A DNA stretch of 64,000 nt from Vezdaea acicularis (GCA_026025075.1 JAPEUI010000029.1:1-64000), one strand, 5' to 3'; numbered from the stretch's first letter, positions 36,958 through 50,008 are shown. Numbers and translations are program-made. The notes: generated from the sequence alone by a model not told the origin.

Positions 36958-39795
36958 TTACAGCTTGTCGTAGTACTAGCCGTCTGATTAGTAAGGTCAA
37001 AGATCTATTAAAGATAGGGAGCTTACATTTTCATAGCCCGGAACTTCAACCTTGAGACCCTTCCGTTTCCTCATCTCTTGTACAGTCTGGCCAGGCATTG
37101 TCGAGGGATCAAGTGGTGAACCCCCTGGAAGTATCTGCCAATGATCAAAGACGGATTGAGGGAAAGCTTGGCCGCCAGTGTTGCTTCGAAGATCTTCCGT
37201 GAATCCGAATGATTGGTTGACTGGAAGATAAGCCTTGATATTGAAGAGTGGGGTGCCTGGACGTTGCTCCTCTGCGAACGCATGACCTCGCCTCCGATTG
37301 AGGACACCATATATACCGCCCATAGCTTGCTCCGGGACCTGAATCTCGACCAGAAATACCGGCTCGAGAAGACCTGGCTTTGCGAGGAGAGTAGCAGCGT
37401 AAAGAACACGACGTGCTGTTGGTATGAGTTGGCCTCCACCACGATGGATGGCATCAGCGTGTAGGGTGACATCCGTGATGTTGAATCGAACGGATCTCAT
37501 TGGTTCTTCTCCAATTGGACCTTCTCTTGTTGCCCATTGGAATCCGGAGACTACCGAGTCTTTGATCTCGTTGAGATATTGAACAGCCTTCGTTTGGTCG
37601 ACCAATACGTTGGCGCCTGTCGTGTCAGGACCGAAGCACCAAATCTTTCGTGCGTCTGTAAGATCCCATTCAAAGTCATCTGCCAAGACACGGGCTCGAG
37701 ACTTGAAGTCATCACGAGGCCCAATCTTGCCAGCCTCGATAGCATTAGAGAGCTCTTCGTCCATTGGCTCGGCAGTCACGTAGAGCCGGTTGTGTTTGTT
37801 CGGTGACTTCGAAAGTGCCGTAATACTGGACTTCTCCGTTACCGACTCGCGGTACTGTACTACAGGGTCCGAGATACGTAGGGGCACACCAGCGTGATCT
37901 TCCTCAAGATCTTTCAAGCAAATTTCAAGGTGAAGCTCGCCCGCACCGGCAACGATGTGCTCTCCAGTTTCTGAAATTGAGCAAACAACACAAGGATCAG
38001 ACTTTGAGAGTCGCTTGAGACCTTCCACAAGCTTTGGAAGATCGTTGGCGTTCTTTACTTCTACGGATCGTTTCACGACGGGGCTGACAGAAAACTTCAT
38101 GACCTTAAGATTGTGCGCGGTATCGCTCGTGGTGAGAGTACCCGACTTGAGAAGGAACTGATCGACACCCACAAGTCCGAGAATGTTACCTGCTGGTACA
38201 TCTTCAATGGGTTCGATGAATCGACCCATCATGAGGATAGTCCGTTGAATAGCCTTGATGAATAGGTCGTCCTTCTTCCCTGGCGTATAGTTTGGCCCTT
38301 GGATACGGACCTTTAGGCCAGAGCGGACAGTACCAGCGAAGACACGCCCAAAAGCGTAGAATCGTCCCTTATCTGAGGTAGGTACCATCTTTGAGACGTA
38401 GAGCATAAGTGGTGCCTTGGGGTTACAATCACGAATACCAATGCAGGCTTCATCATCAGGAGGTCCTTCGTATAGTGTCTCGGCACGATAGGCTTGGGCG
38501 GTGACTGGGGATGGCAGATGAAGAACCATCATTTCCAAAAGAGCGTCAGCAGCTGGGAGAAACTTCCGCATTACTACCTTGAGTAATTGTTTGCCCTCAA
38601 GTTCCTTTTCGTCGGCAGTTAATTTGATCTCGAGCTTGGTCAGTAGTGTGGGTATCTCATCCTTCTTGAAGTTCATGATGGCACCGAAGATCTTGAATAT
38701 TGGATCCAGGATGAATTGATTGAAGGATCGCTCCAAGGTTTGGCCTTCATATTCCGAGTTCTTTGTCCATTTCTTGGTCTTCGGGTTAAAGTAGTTGTCC
38801 CCCCATAATCGATCTGCCATTTTCTTTCGGTCGACACCGAATTTCTTTGCGTACTTCACGGCGAATTGACGGACAGTGAAAGCCCAGCCATGCAGACCAG
38901 AACCGAAAGCGACAGTTCCCTTATATGGATATACCTGAACATCACCAAGTGTCTTGTCGAAGTAGGTTGCAATAACCACATTGACCGATTCAATCGTTCT
39001 TGAGAAGGATTGGTAAAGATCTTCCTTGTTGATCTGTAGCTCGAGCAGTGCGCGGTCGACCTTATTGACGATGCACACGGGTTTGATCCTTTCAGCTAGT
39101 GCTTGTCGAAGAACTGTTTCGGTCTGAACGCACACACCTTCGATGCAATCAACGACGACAAGGGCACCATCAGTGACTCGAAGCGCAGCGGTAACCTCGG
39201 AGGAAAAGTCGACGTGACCTGGGGAGTCGATCAAATTGATCAAAAAATCGCTTCCGTCCGTTTTCTGGGTGATGTCTTTAAGTTCCTCCTCATCAGGTAG
39301 ATGAGCGTACAATGAAATTGCAGTTGATTTGATTGTGATACACCTATCCTGTTCGTCTTTGCGTGTATCCGTGAATCGGGCTTCTCCAGCCTTCGCTGCG
39401 GAGATGATACCGGCCCTTTGGACAAGAGAGTCGGTGAGAGTTGATTTTCCATGGTCGACTAATAGTATTCATTCAATATTAGAAATAGACAAGTTGACAG
39501 GGGTCTATCGTTCGATTTACCATGCGCGATAACCGACATATTACGAATGTTCGATGGCTTGTCCATGAGAGCACGGATCTGACGTAGATTTAGTCTGCTA
39601 TACCAGAAAATGTTGTGATTTGAAAGTATGGGTCTCCTAGCCTACCTCTTCTACCGTAAAGCTATAAGTGTAAGGCCTGGTCAGTAGAGTTCCGTAATAG
39701 CTTGGATCATATTGGAGTTCATCGACCGTGTAATCCAGCGGGGTGATAGAGCATCTTTTTACGACACAAAAGCTGGAAGAGACTTACTTGACCAT
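36958..39795 (-). CDS. EFT2: Translation elongation factor 2 (5 exons)
   Basis: [53 protein letters not shown], diphthamide site [11 protein letters not shown], end ENYYDKL*; introns 39787-39662, 39645-39579, 39520-39459, 37026-36976. Confidence 0.99.
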
Positions 39796-40197
39796 GATTG
39801 CAGTATTGAGTCGATAACTCTCTTAGAAGGATATCGATACTTTGATTGAAGTCGAGGGGAGCTTCTGAAAGCTCGTAATGAGACTGTCAGCTGAGCTGGA
39901 CGTCGAAAAAAGCTTGGAAGCTCGCAAAAGCGTCACAGGGGAAGCAAGCTTGAGACTTTGCAAGCCTCTTAGATACTAAGTGCAATGTTATTGATCTATC
40001 TAGACGTTAGAAGTCAGAGTGTGGGAAAATCTCAGAGAGTCGGAATTCTTGAGGTGGGGCAAAAAGCGTCTTGGCTTGCTTTGAAATGCGCTAGCGGAGA
40101 TTGCCCCACCATTGAAACTTAGCGAGATCTAAGTAGGGCTAGAAACCCTCACTCTTATTGCATTATACTACACTATGCCCGGTCGCTTTGAAGGTAG

Positions 40198-40534
40198 TGA
40201 GTCAGTGATTGGTTTTCAAAGTCATGTGACGCTACACAATATGAATGAGGCTCTTCGAGAGTGTTCTGTATCAAGTCTACTTCATACGGCTTTGGCTTAC
40301 GCGATCCGAGTCTCCCGACTTCACTATTTGCCTATGCGTCATTTAACCTGTTAGGGTGAGAGAATGTAACCGAACTCTAAAATACCTGCTTAACGCCTAA
40401 ACATAATGTCAATCAACCTAATCTGCCGTTAATATTTCCCTTCTCGCTCTAGAGATAGTTTGAATAGAGCTCTTCTCATTCGTCATGCTGACTTATGGTT
40501 GTAGGTATGCGCATGCCCTTCCAATCATGAGTCA
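40198..40534. promoter_or_regulatory. Two TGAGTCA (Gcn4/CpcA/AP-1 type) elements upstream of EF-2
   Basis: Exact TGASTCA matches at 40198-40204 and 40528-40534, about 400 and 730 bp upstream of the EF-2 ATG; function not shown. Confidence 0.35.
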
Positions 40535-41261
40535 AGCGTTAAAGGTGGACTGGAACTCGTGCAAAAGCGTATACCGCGGACCTAAATTCACTGGCTGTGT
40601 ATGATGAGGAACTGAATATGCTCGAACAGTTGATCACATGGTATGTACATACTGTACATATCAAATAGTGAGCAAATGAAGCTATACTTCGAGAATACTA
40701 GAAAACTTCAATCGCAAAATTATATCCCGTTTTTCGAGATTATGTCAAATCGATTGCCGCGGATGTAAAGAGTGTCAGATCACAGAACTCAGCCGTGCTA
40801 TTACTATGCCTCCGTACTTGCTTTCACTGGGATCTCGTTATGTCCATGCGGGTTGAGTATTTTGAGTATGCCCAAATTTGGACTTGAGGACACAGTTCAA
40901 ATGCTGAGTGAGCTCGTAAGAAGCATGTTTGGGCCCTCGTAAGGCGGCTCCGAATGTTGAGGAGACTTAGATCTAGGGCTTGACTCTAGATTTGAGTATA
41001 CAGAGATACCGGATACACAAGGGCAGACGCTTGTTGTGAGGCAATGAGATCGGTAACCGTATCTGCGGGTCCCTATAAACTTAGTAATATAGGGGTTTTT
41101 CGTCAGAGAATTGATGCTGCGTTGAATTGGCAAAGCCGTATACGCAAAACGCAATGAAGCCGGGCATGAGTATACAGGCTCGTAAGCAAGCCAATCATAT
41201 CTGTATACAATGGCCGAGCTTGGTTGACGGATGCAGAATTGGACTGGTTCTCAGTTCTCTT

Positions 41262-41904
41262 CTATGATTCATTAACTGTTCTCCTAATCCGCTCCAAAAG
41301 TATGCCGCTCTCTCTCCCAAGTTTTCTCTGGCCGTTTTTCCCGCCTGATCTAGCCTTTGCCATGGCCTTGCGAAACCTCTCGCGCTCCTCCATTCTCGCC
41401 TTCCGCTGACGCATAGCTTCTTCATGTTCAGCTTGCCTTGCTTCTAGCTCCGCCTTTCGCTTCTCTGCCAGGCGTGCTTCTTTTGCGAAGGGCTGATACC
41501 TTTTATTTTTTCGTGCCACATTCGCTGGAGGGTTCGAAGCTGAGGGCTGTTCAATTCCAGGTTCTTCGAGCATGGCCTGTCTCTGCGGATGTAGTTCAAG
41601 AGAGGAGGAAACAAGCGTTTCAATTTGGGCGCTTGAGCTCTCTTGGTGTTGCGGAGCTTGGCGCTCCTTTAACTTTGCATATGACTTTCTAACTTTTGCT
41701 TTGTGTATCAGGTCTTTTTTGATTTTCTCGACTGCATCATTATCAGCTGGAATGAGCGCATCCCTTGGATTAAACTGAATCTATACCTTTACGCTTATAT
41801 GTGCCATCTGGCAGATTAGCGGGGCCCACTCGAAAGCCTTTTCGCCGCTTCTGTCCTCCCTCTTGTTCCGTGGGGTGTGGTTCAAGGCTTCTCTTCGGTG
41901 CCAT
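41262..41904 (-). CDS. FYV7: rRNA-processing protein Fyv7-like (2 exons)
   Basis: KGFRVGPANLPDGTYKRK|VEKIKKDLIHKAKVRKSYAKLK ... GKNGQRKLGRESGILLERI; intron 41786-41732. Confidence 0.85.
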
Positions 41905-42483
41905 TTTCAATACTAGCAAACGGCGATTGAGATATAACAGGCGTCTTATTCTAGTCTCTGGTCGCTCATTGTCTAAATGTGGTAGAGGTGGGCGGCTGGC
42001 ACCAATTTATCGGCTGGTTGTAGACAGTAACCTGCATGGGCAATCACCATCATGACGGTCACTCGGATGTCCGAACTCGCTTGAATCTGCGCCGGATCAA
42101 GCTCCGCTATGACACACACGAAGCTCTGATGTATCCATTAACCTAACCTTCCCTCAACAACGTCCATGATTGGCATCTGCCCTTGCTCTGTCTTTAAATT
42201 TGTCTTATAGTATCCAATCATGAACACCTTTTCTTGTCCACAGCGTCGAACAGCCTATCAGTGAGTGGGCCCACGTCACAGAGACCTCGTCACCTGTCCG
42301 CGCGATTATGCAGCTTCATAACTCCTAACTACCTTATGCAGGCATTCCAACAAAGAAAGCAAATCAGCTCCCGAACCCGCTTAGTGGTCGAAAACCTACT
42401 CGTTCAAATCTCTACAACATCAAAGGGGCCATCCATGCTTTCTCGTACGCCTAGGTTCATACTGTTGGTTGTAGGGGCCTAAC

Positions 42484-45027
42484 ATGCCGATTCTCAATGA
42501 GTTTGACGATGACCCACTTCTTCAAGCTCCACTGTACTCCGAACCTCGAAACAACGCACCGCCCGAGAGACTTGCGAGGTATACCGATACTTTGATGAGT
42601 GATACGAGCCCGGTTTCAAGCTTGATGGACTCATCCACAAAAGCTTTGCCTACGAGAGAGATGAATGCCGCCATGAATGATAGCTCGGTGGGCGTATCGG
42701 ATCGAGTCGAGTTGATACGGAGGTTGAAAAGGGGAGAGAGTCCAACGTGGATACCGAATAGAACTTTGGAAGACTATTTCCACAACTATGGTAACCACCC
42801 ACAGAGAAGATCATCAGAGGCCAAAAAGCTCGAGACCCCTTCACTGCTGCCTGCCGTGGAGATTGCGGAGTCTCCTAGGTGTGAGCAACCTAGTCAAGCC
42901 CATGGCGTTTGCTCTCCTTCAGATATTGAGAGACCAAGGTCAGCGCTACACTCTGGAGACTTCACACAAAAACTTCAACAACCGCAGACTCCTCAGCAGA
43001 CATCAGCCAGCGTGAATCCCCCATATGGAGCCTCAGTCGGATTCTCGCCGCTTACTGGTTTGGCGAGGCCGCAAGAAGAGACTGATGACAGGTATCCTTT
43101 CGAGGCGCTTCGTGTAAGGCACGAACCGACAAGACCACGAGCTCTATCAAGGTTATCCTTCTCCTCAGGCATCATCTTGCAGCCACCCACAAGTCCGCTA
43201 GCTCAAACTTCGACGAACACAGAATTAGAATCAACACCACTTGTCGAACCCTTGGATATCACATCGATTACCAGGGGCTCTCGTCGGCACACATTGCCTC
43301 CACGGTCGTTTAGCGCTTTACAGCCTTCTGGAGTTGGAGAAGTGGACAGTTTGCCCTTTTATGAAAGACATATGCCTATGGTGAGACGCCAGTCTAGTAT
43401 GCCGTACCAGGCACATCAGCCCCAGAGATCCATCACGTCAAACTCCGGCCTGAACATCGTCTCCCCTTCGGGCTCCTCCTGTATCCGACCTGGGAGGCTG
43501 TCATTCTCCTCGGATGCGTCTCCTATTCAGCTCGCATCGATGGTTGGGTCATACGAAGAGTCAATTCTTCGCGGAAGGATGTCCACGACTCCATCAAAGC
43601 CTTTGAATTTCATGGCCCAGATCGGGGTACTCGGATTGGGAAAATGTAAACCAAATCTCAAATGTCCAGCTCACGTCACAGTACCATTTCCTGCCGTCTT
43701 TTACAGTTACAGCAGTGCCGGCGGAGGTCGCTCCTTGGCAGAGGACGGCCCAAGCCCTTACGTGGGACTGATCGATCTTGAGAACTCCTTGCCTCATCCG
43801 AAAGACCTCCGAGGGGAGAAACGCCGGCGGCGACACGTTTCCCCAAGCAGCGGTAGCACCGAAATGCCTGGAGTTGACTTTGTACAGGAGTCTGGGAAGA
43901 ATAATAACGAAGTTGACCGTCGTAAGCGCGAGAAGAGAATACGGAGATCGCTTTCTCCAAGAGCGCCTCCGGGGGGCAGTTATCGGATTCCTGCAAAGGG
44001 ACAATTGCAAATTATCATCAAGAACCCTAACAAGACTGCCGTCAAACTGTTCCTAGTTCCGTACGATCTCACGAATATGGAGGCCGGCACCAAGACGTTC
44101 ATCCGCCAACGTAGCTATTCTACTGGTCCCGTTGTTGACATGCCCCTTGGCGCTGCAACTGCATCTGTAAGTAGCAGCATTTCTGGATCGGCATACCCAG
44201 AAGATGTGCAAGGAACCTCGCTAGATCGCCCAACACTTCGCTACCTCATACACCTTCACGTTTGCTCTCCATCTCGCGGCCGCCATTACCTCTACAAATC
44301 TATCCGTGTTGTCTTTGCAAACCGCGTGCCGGACGGCAAAGAAAGTCTGCGCAACGAAATACAACTTCCCGAGCCGCTTTATTCGACTTGGAAGCCCTCG
44401 CGCGACCCTTCTCTGAGCAGTAACAACATGCTCACCTCCGAGAAGGGCTTTAGGAGACGCAGCTCTGGGTTTGGCTTTGGAACTCCAGGAAGCTACAGCA
44501 CCAGAAACGGGATGGTCTCACGAAGTTTGTTTGAGCAGGGTAGTGAAAGTGGTACGCTTGAGCATTTCAGGGAGGCTGTTCCTGCTCTTCCAACAGCAGC
44601 AGTACCGACCAGCCTCCAGGAGTTGAAACTGAGAAAACGGGCAAGATCACTACACAATGGTCACGCCGATGGGGAAGCGATGGACCTCGATTATGCCACT
44701 GCTTATAATTATGACACTCCTACCAGGGCACCGCTAAGCCTCTCATCCGACGGCCAGTTCTCTCCTCTGCCCACCCGGCCCGCGACAAGCAGCTTCGCAA
44801 CGACTGGGCCTGGATCGGAAGATTCAGTAACGAGCCGTGCTGCTGCTGGCGCTTTCGATGCGGATGGCGGCATGGGTATGGAACGCGTAGAGAGCTTTGA
44901 AAAACTGAAGAAAGGGGAGGTTGGATTTGGGGGCCTACCTTACGAGTATCTGATCAGTGGCAGGGGAGGTGGAGATGGGCTATTGGCCAGGCGTTTGAAA
45001 GGGATGGAAGTAGAGGAAGGGTCGTGA
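42484..45027 (+). CDS. DUF4210 / Chromosome_seg domain protein (FAM214/Atos-like)
   Basis: 847 aa single exon; MVGSYEESILRGRMST, FMAQIGVLG..KCP.HVTVPF, YRIPAKGQLQIIIKNPNKTAVKLFLVPYDL, LRYLIHL, YLYKSIRVVFANR. Confidence 0.9.
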   Translation: MPILNEFDDDPLLQAPLYSEPRNNAPPERLARYTDTLMSDTSPVSSLMDSSTKALPTREMNAAMNDSSVGVSDRVELIRRLKRGESPTWIPNRTLEDYFHNYGNHPQRRSSEAKKLETPSLLPAVEIAESPRCEQPSQAHGVCSPSDIERPRSALHSGDFTQKLQQPQTPQQTSASVNPPYGASVGFSPLTGLARPQEETDDRYPFEALRVRHEPTRPRALSRLSFSSGIILQPPTSPLAQTSTNTELESTPLVEPLDITSITRGSRRHTLPPRSFSALQPSGVGEVDSLPFYERHMPMVRRQSSMPYQAHQPQRSITSNSGLNIVSPSGSSCIRPGRLSFSSDASPIQLASMVGSYEESILRGRMSTTPSKPLNFMAQIGVLGLGKCKPNLKCPAHVTVPFPAVFYSYSSAGGGRSLAEDGPSPYVGLIDLENSLPHPKDLRGEKRRRRHVSPSSGSTEMPGVDFVQESGKNNNEVDRRKREKRIRRSLSPRAPPGGSYRIPAKGQLQIIIKNPNKTAVKLFLVPYDLTNMEAGTKTFIRQRSYSTGPVVDMPLGAATASVSSSISGSAYPEDVQGTSLDRPTLRYLIHLHVCSPSRGRHYLYKSIRVVFANRVPDGKESLRNEIQLPEPLYSTWKPSRDPSLSSNNMLTSEKGFRRRSSGFGFGTPGSYSTRNGMVSRSLFEQGSESGTLEHFREAVPALPTAAVPTSLQELKLRKRARSLHNGHADGEAMDLDYATAYNYDTPTRAPLSLSSDGQFSPLPTRPATSSFATTGPGSEDSVTSRAAAGAFDADGGMGMERVESFEKLKKGEVGFGGLPYEYLISGRGGGDGLLARRLKGMEVEEGS

Positions 45028-46610
45028 GAGAGTTGAACGGGACGTCATCCACGTACAACAGGGCATATTTCTAGGGTATAATGGCGTTTCTACGGTTACA
45101 TAAGGGTCTATCGGGTGGTCTTGTCATATGCATACTCATCTCCAGGTCGGACAGTACAGTACATTTAGTCATCAGGTATTCGTTACATATCATCACACAA
45201 TCTAGCTTAGTCTACGGTCCGGTCCTCAACTGATACTCAGCGGTCCGATCGTTGCAAGGTGACAAGAGAGGCTATGATCGTGATGCCGCGATCACAGCGC
45301 CATCTAGAGGGATGCAAGAGGGAAACCGCGATCAAGGAATGTGTCCCAAGCAAAACCCCCCTCCATCAGCTTTGCAGAATGATGTACCCCGCATTTCCAA
45401 GGGGGCGATCTCGGAGGTTTTTGATTCAGGAGAAACACGGGGCTCGATTTGAGATCACGGGAGGTGTACCAGCGTGTGACTGATGTTCTAGATGAGCTAT
45501 CGACGACTACCGGCGGCCCAAAGAAACCAGGTAGCGAGCGACGTTCTGTCACCGAGCTCCACGGACCTCAACGAGTAACGCAATCGTCGCTGCAGAGGTT
45601 GTCCGCAATCGGGCTCCATCGCGATCGTTGCATCGGAGTGGTACGCTACCCAGCTATTCGTATCAGACGCTCAGGCCTTTTGCGTCGGCTTAGCCCCCGC
45701 CCCAGACCTCTGCTGGGCCAAGTCCGAGGCCGCCCGAGGTATGGCTGACGCGGGGTGGGGGATGGTCCTACCTCTACTCGACTCGCAGCACGCAATCTCT
45801 GAGCCTTGTCATGGGAACCCCCCACCGATCGACGCAGGGGGCAACATGCGGCCCGTGCCGTCCCCCCCGCAGTAGCGAGGAACGGCTGGACGGCGGGAGA
45901 GCGCAATGCCTGCCCGCCCGCCCTCCTCCAGTAGCATGTGTACCACACCACTCCCTCCCCCCCCCCACAATGGATGAGCCAAGGCCGCCGCCGCCGTAGG
46001 CACCGACATGAGACATTTATGTTAAAAAGCCCACCAAGCCGCGGCTTTGCACAATCATAGACCTTCCTGCGGCGGGCGCCGACCGCCCCGTCGGGCGCGC
46101 GCGCGCAGGAGAAAAGAAAGCTTGGGAAACGTGGCGGAGCCAAGCCATCTTGCGCGCAGAGGGAGACGAGGTTCACGGACGCTGGCTGTCCGGCGTGCAG
46201 GACCGCCGCCGAGACAGGCCGCCCGGCGCTGGTGAGAGAGAGACATTTTTTTCTTTTGGTGTTCGATCCGACGAGGCGGAGAATGGCGATGCGCGAGCGA
46301 AAGATTCTCTGGACACGAAGGAGCTTGGGCGACGCTATTTCGTCGATGTGTGCCATTTTCATGGGCTCGACAGGCATGCGAGCCGTGGGTGGGCGCGCCC
46401 GCAGGAGGAGGAGGAGAAGTGCGAGAGGTGCGAATAAGCGTGCATGCAGAGTGCCGCGCCGCGCCCGTCCTTATGCAGCAGGTGCGTAAGGCCGTCTGTT
46501 GCCGGCGCCGTCATCTGCTGGATTGCGGCGTAGTCGTACGGCAGGCAGGCACCTGCAGGAAGCGGAGGGAGGGGGGGGAGGGGTCGGCGATCCTTTCATC
46601 CCTCGGTGGA

Positions 46611-46636
46611 CCACCACCACCACCACCACCACCACC
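46611..46636. repeat. (CCA)8 microsatellite
   Basis: ccaccaccaccaccaccaccacca read directly. Confidence 0.9.
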
Positions 46637-49600
46637 TCCACAGTTAGCTGCTGTGGTTGTAGGGTGTCGCCAAACTCGGAGGGGGGGTTTTTTCCGCTTC
46701 TGCTGCAGGGAAGGGAGAAGGACGCGAAATTCGATGGTCAGCGCGGCTTTGCGCATCGCAACGCGTCGCCTTACATCGGTTTGTGGTTACGAAGATTACA
46801 GCGGAGGGGGTGCCGCGGTTTGGTTCAGCTACCGTCCGGCGAGTTATCGTGGACGCATCTTCTTTTCCCCACCACACATCCCCCCCTCCTTCTCTCTTCC
46901 TCCCTTGGCCTTTCCATCCACACCTACCCTTCCGTCGTCGCGGCGCAGCCAATCGTCAGCGAAATCCTCATCACCTGCAAGGCGCAACTTAGGGCGTACC
47001 TGCATCCGCTGCTGCGCGACATCGCACGCGCAGCGAAGGCGTAACACCCTGCCGCAGAGCGGAGCGGGGGGTGGGTGTGTCAGATGCCTTGCAGGTGAAC
47101 GACACCGACAAGGGCGAAGAAAAAGGAAAAAAAAAAATTAAGGCTGCATGACGCCAGGGGTTAGATTGCAGCGGGAGAGGACCCTAGCCGCAGCCGCAGC
47201 CGCAGGAGAAGCAGGAGAAGAACGAGAAGAAGGAAAATTAGACGTGCATGCATGCGTTGCTAGACGGGACAGGGAATGAGACGGCGAGGGTGTGGTGCAA
47301 GTCACAACGCAAGTCCCCACGCTATCGATAACGCCTGCAATCCCTGACGTTTCACGAACGAGACGAAACACCCCCCCCGCCATCACGGGACAAAACGGCC
47401 GCCGGCCAGCAATCCGCTATCGCGACGCCCCTCCTCCCCTTCTTCTCCACGCTCTCTCCGCTATCTTAGCCCCGAGCTACGTACGACATGCGTGCATAAG
47501 TCAGCAAAGAAAAGTCGGACCCGCGGTTTCCAATCCCAAGCTTCCTCGCCCCAACCAACCAACCGACCGAGCGTACTAACTCTCCCCTAGCTTGATCCGA
47601 TGTGCCCATCTCCGTCCTCTGTCACGCAAGTCCTATCCGCTCCACCATCTTCCGTCCTTTCATCGCAGCGCAGAGCAGAGAAAGAAATCTAAGCGCACAG
47701 ACATCTCTCGCGCTCCAACCAGCATCTACCCCCCTCCCCCCTCTCCTTCCCTTTCTCTCCCCCTCAAGGAATCTAGCGAACAACTACACCTGCCCTGCCC
47801 GAGGCCGACCGACCTCGCGACTTCCCCCCGCGCACAGATCAGTGTACAGATGACCATAATCTCCGCGCAGCATGCTGAGCTTGAAGCGAAGTGAGTGAAA
47901 GAATCCCCCCCCCACCCCTTTCAAGGCTCCAACGCCCGTACATACCAAACACCACACATACCACACGCGTCAAAGCTTCCATACGGGCGTACGGGCGTAC
48001 GGGAGACGGGGCCAACGACTCCGCGCGCGAGCGTGCCGGCGGGGAGTCGGTGCGCACAGCTCCGTCCTCTACGCGCAAAGGCAGTTCCTGGATTCAGTCC
48101 GCCGTGTGCCGCATCATCCCCGTGCGGAAGTGTGAGGAAGTGCGTGGGTGGGGTATCCTCGTATTATGTCAAGTCAAGTCAAGTTATCGTGAGCGTGAGC
48201 GTGAGATGGTTTGGGATGGGAAGATGCATGGGGATGAGGGGGGGGGGGGGGGGGGAAGATGGGTTGGTGAGTAGCGCCCGTTGGCAACTGATCCTAGAAG
48301 AAAACCTCGGAGGGAGATGCAGAAGAAGATGAAGAAGAAAAAATGCCACTTTCATTCCCGATGCTATGCTATGATATGCCCCGTGTTTACTACGCATGAT
48401 ATACTACCCACCCACCAACCAACCAACCAACCAACAGAGCAACAGAGCAACAACCCAACAGCATCAGACAGGCGCTAGAAGAAAAAGGCAAATTGACAAA
48501 GAAGTTGTATAGCAGAAAAAGATCCAGCCACCCACGCACGCACGCAGCAAAAACCGAGTCAAGCCAAGCCACCCACCCACCAAACCCGTAATTTCCATGG
48601 TTTTCCATTAACCCTAGCCTACCCTACCAGATCATGCCGTAAAGTGAAGGTTCCCACCATACCGTCGCCGGCATATATGCAGTCCCGATCTGAAAAAGCA
48701 GAAATGCCAGACCACCCACCCAACCCGATCGACTGTCCAACTGAACCACCCATACACTCCCGCTCCCACTCCTCCTCCTCCTCTTGTCTTCTCATCTCGT
48801 TCCGCAAACGGACAACCCCAGAGAGGGAGAGGAGATGCAATGCGCGCGTTTTTGATCCGAAGGAAATGCTAGACGAGTGCCTCCGCCGCCGATGTAACCC
48901 ACGACCCACCAGAGTAGGCTTGATGTATATGTATTACTTTGCTTTGCCCTCCCTGCCCCGTGATAAACAAATGAGATGGATGGAAAGGACGGTCTGGATG
49001 AAAAGATGAGTGATGTACCGTTCGTGTGTATGTATGTATGCTGTCTCCGTCCCGTCCCACCCTCTCCTTCCCAAGGGAGACAAGGGAAGAGAGAGGGGGG
49101 GAGATCTCGTATTTTTCTCCTCGCACCGTTACCGTGTCCGTGTGCGTGTGCGTGTATACCTCTCGCACCTAGCCATCCATACGCATGGCCCGCGCGGAGC
49201 GAAGCGGCCGAAAAGGTCCAAAAAAAAAAAAAAAGCACGGACGTACGCTCGAGCGGGGCTGAATGTACGGGGTAAGCTCTCGAGATTGAAAAGGCGGCGC
49301 AGCGAAAAGCGAGCTACTACACCCCTCACGCGCAGAGAGAAAAACGGAAGGGAAAGAAAGGAATGGAGGAGAATAGAAAAAAAAGTGAGAGAGGAAAAAA
49401 GCACAGATTGCCTCCGCCCGTAGCTAGCCACAGATACATCCATACACCATACGCGCACGTAGATACGTACTCGCATACAAAAAACATACGCACGTACGCA
49501 CGCACGCTTACGCTCACGCACAGACACCATACATCCAAACATGGTATGGGAACGTTCGTCAACGAACAAAAAGATAGGTTGACTGCTGCGTCACTGTGTA

Positions 49601-50008
49601 TCTTTGCAGCCCCGCACACATGAACATGCCTAGAGATATGAGAAAAGAAAGCCGATGAGAAAGAAAGATAGTGGGAACTCCGTCCGCCATGCATACGATT
49701 AAGTCCGCCGCCGCCACCACCGCCGTTGCCGCCGTTTGCCACCACCGAGCCAAAGCCGTGCAAGAATAAGCCAAGAAAGCGGTGAGAAGAAGAAGAAGAA
49801 AAAAAAGGAAAAGAAGAGCTGACAAACAAAAGAACATACAAGAAGTGGAGTAGATGTGCCGAGTTATGATGGCGAGGATGATGCTGATGTTGGTGATCAT
49901 GACCATAGCAGTAGATGGGGGATCAGATGACACAAGCTTGGTGACATGATAAGAGGGGCCGATGAGATGTGGCGGCCCCTTCAGGTTCGCCGCCGCGTCG
50001 GAAGGATT

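Noticed and set aside
39662..39787. C/D snoRNA in EF-2 intron 1
   Set aside because: C box imperfect, C-to-D span too short, and the CTGA coincides with the branch point
121..45027. Transposons, Starship elements, telomere-linked helicases, secondary-metabolite cluster, CRISPR, rRNA
   Set aside because: No transposase, RT, tyrosine recombinase, RecQ, PKS/NRPS motifs, terminal repeats or arrays were recognised
45100..47501. Telomerase RNA ending at the ATAAGT site
   Set aside because: No TAACCCT/ACCCTAA-type template on the + strand upstream of 47496; kept only as a generic spliced-RNA candidate
45250..49950. ORFs downstream of medA (e.g. 46350-47141, 45646-46377)
   Set aside because: Same GC and SSR artefact pattern; no recognisable protein
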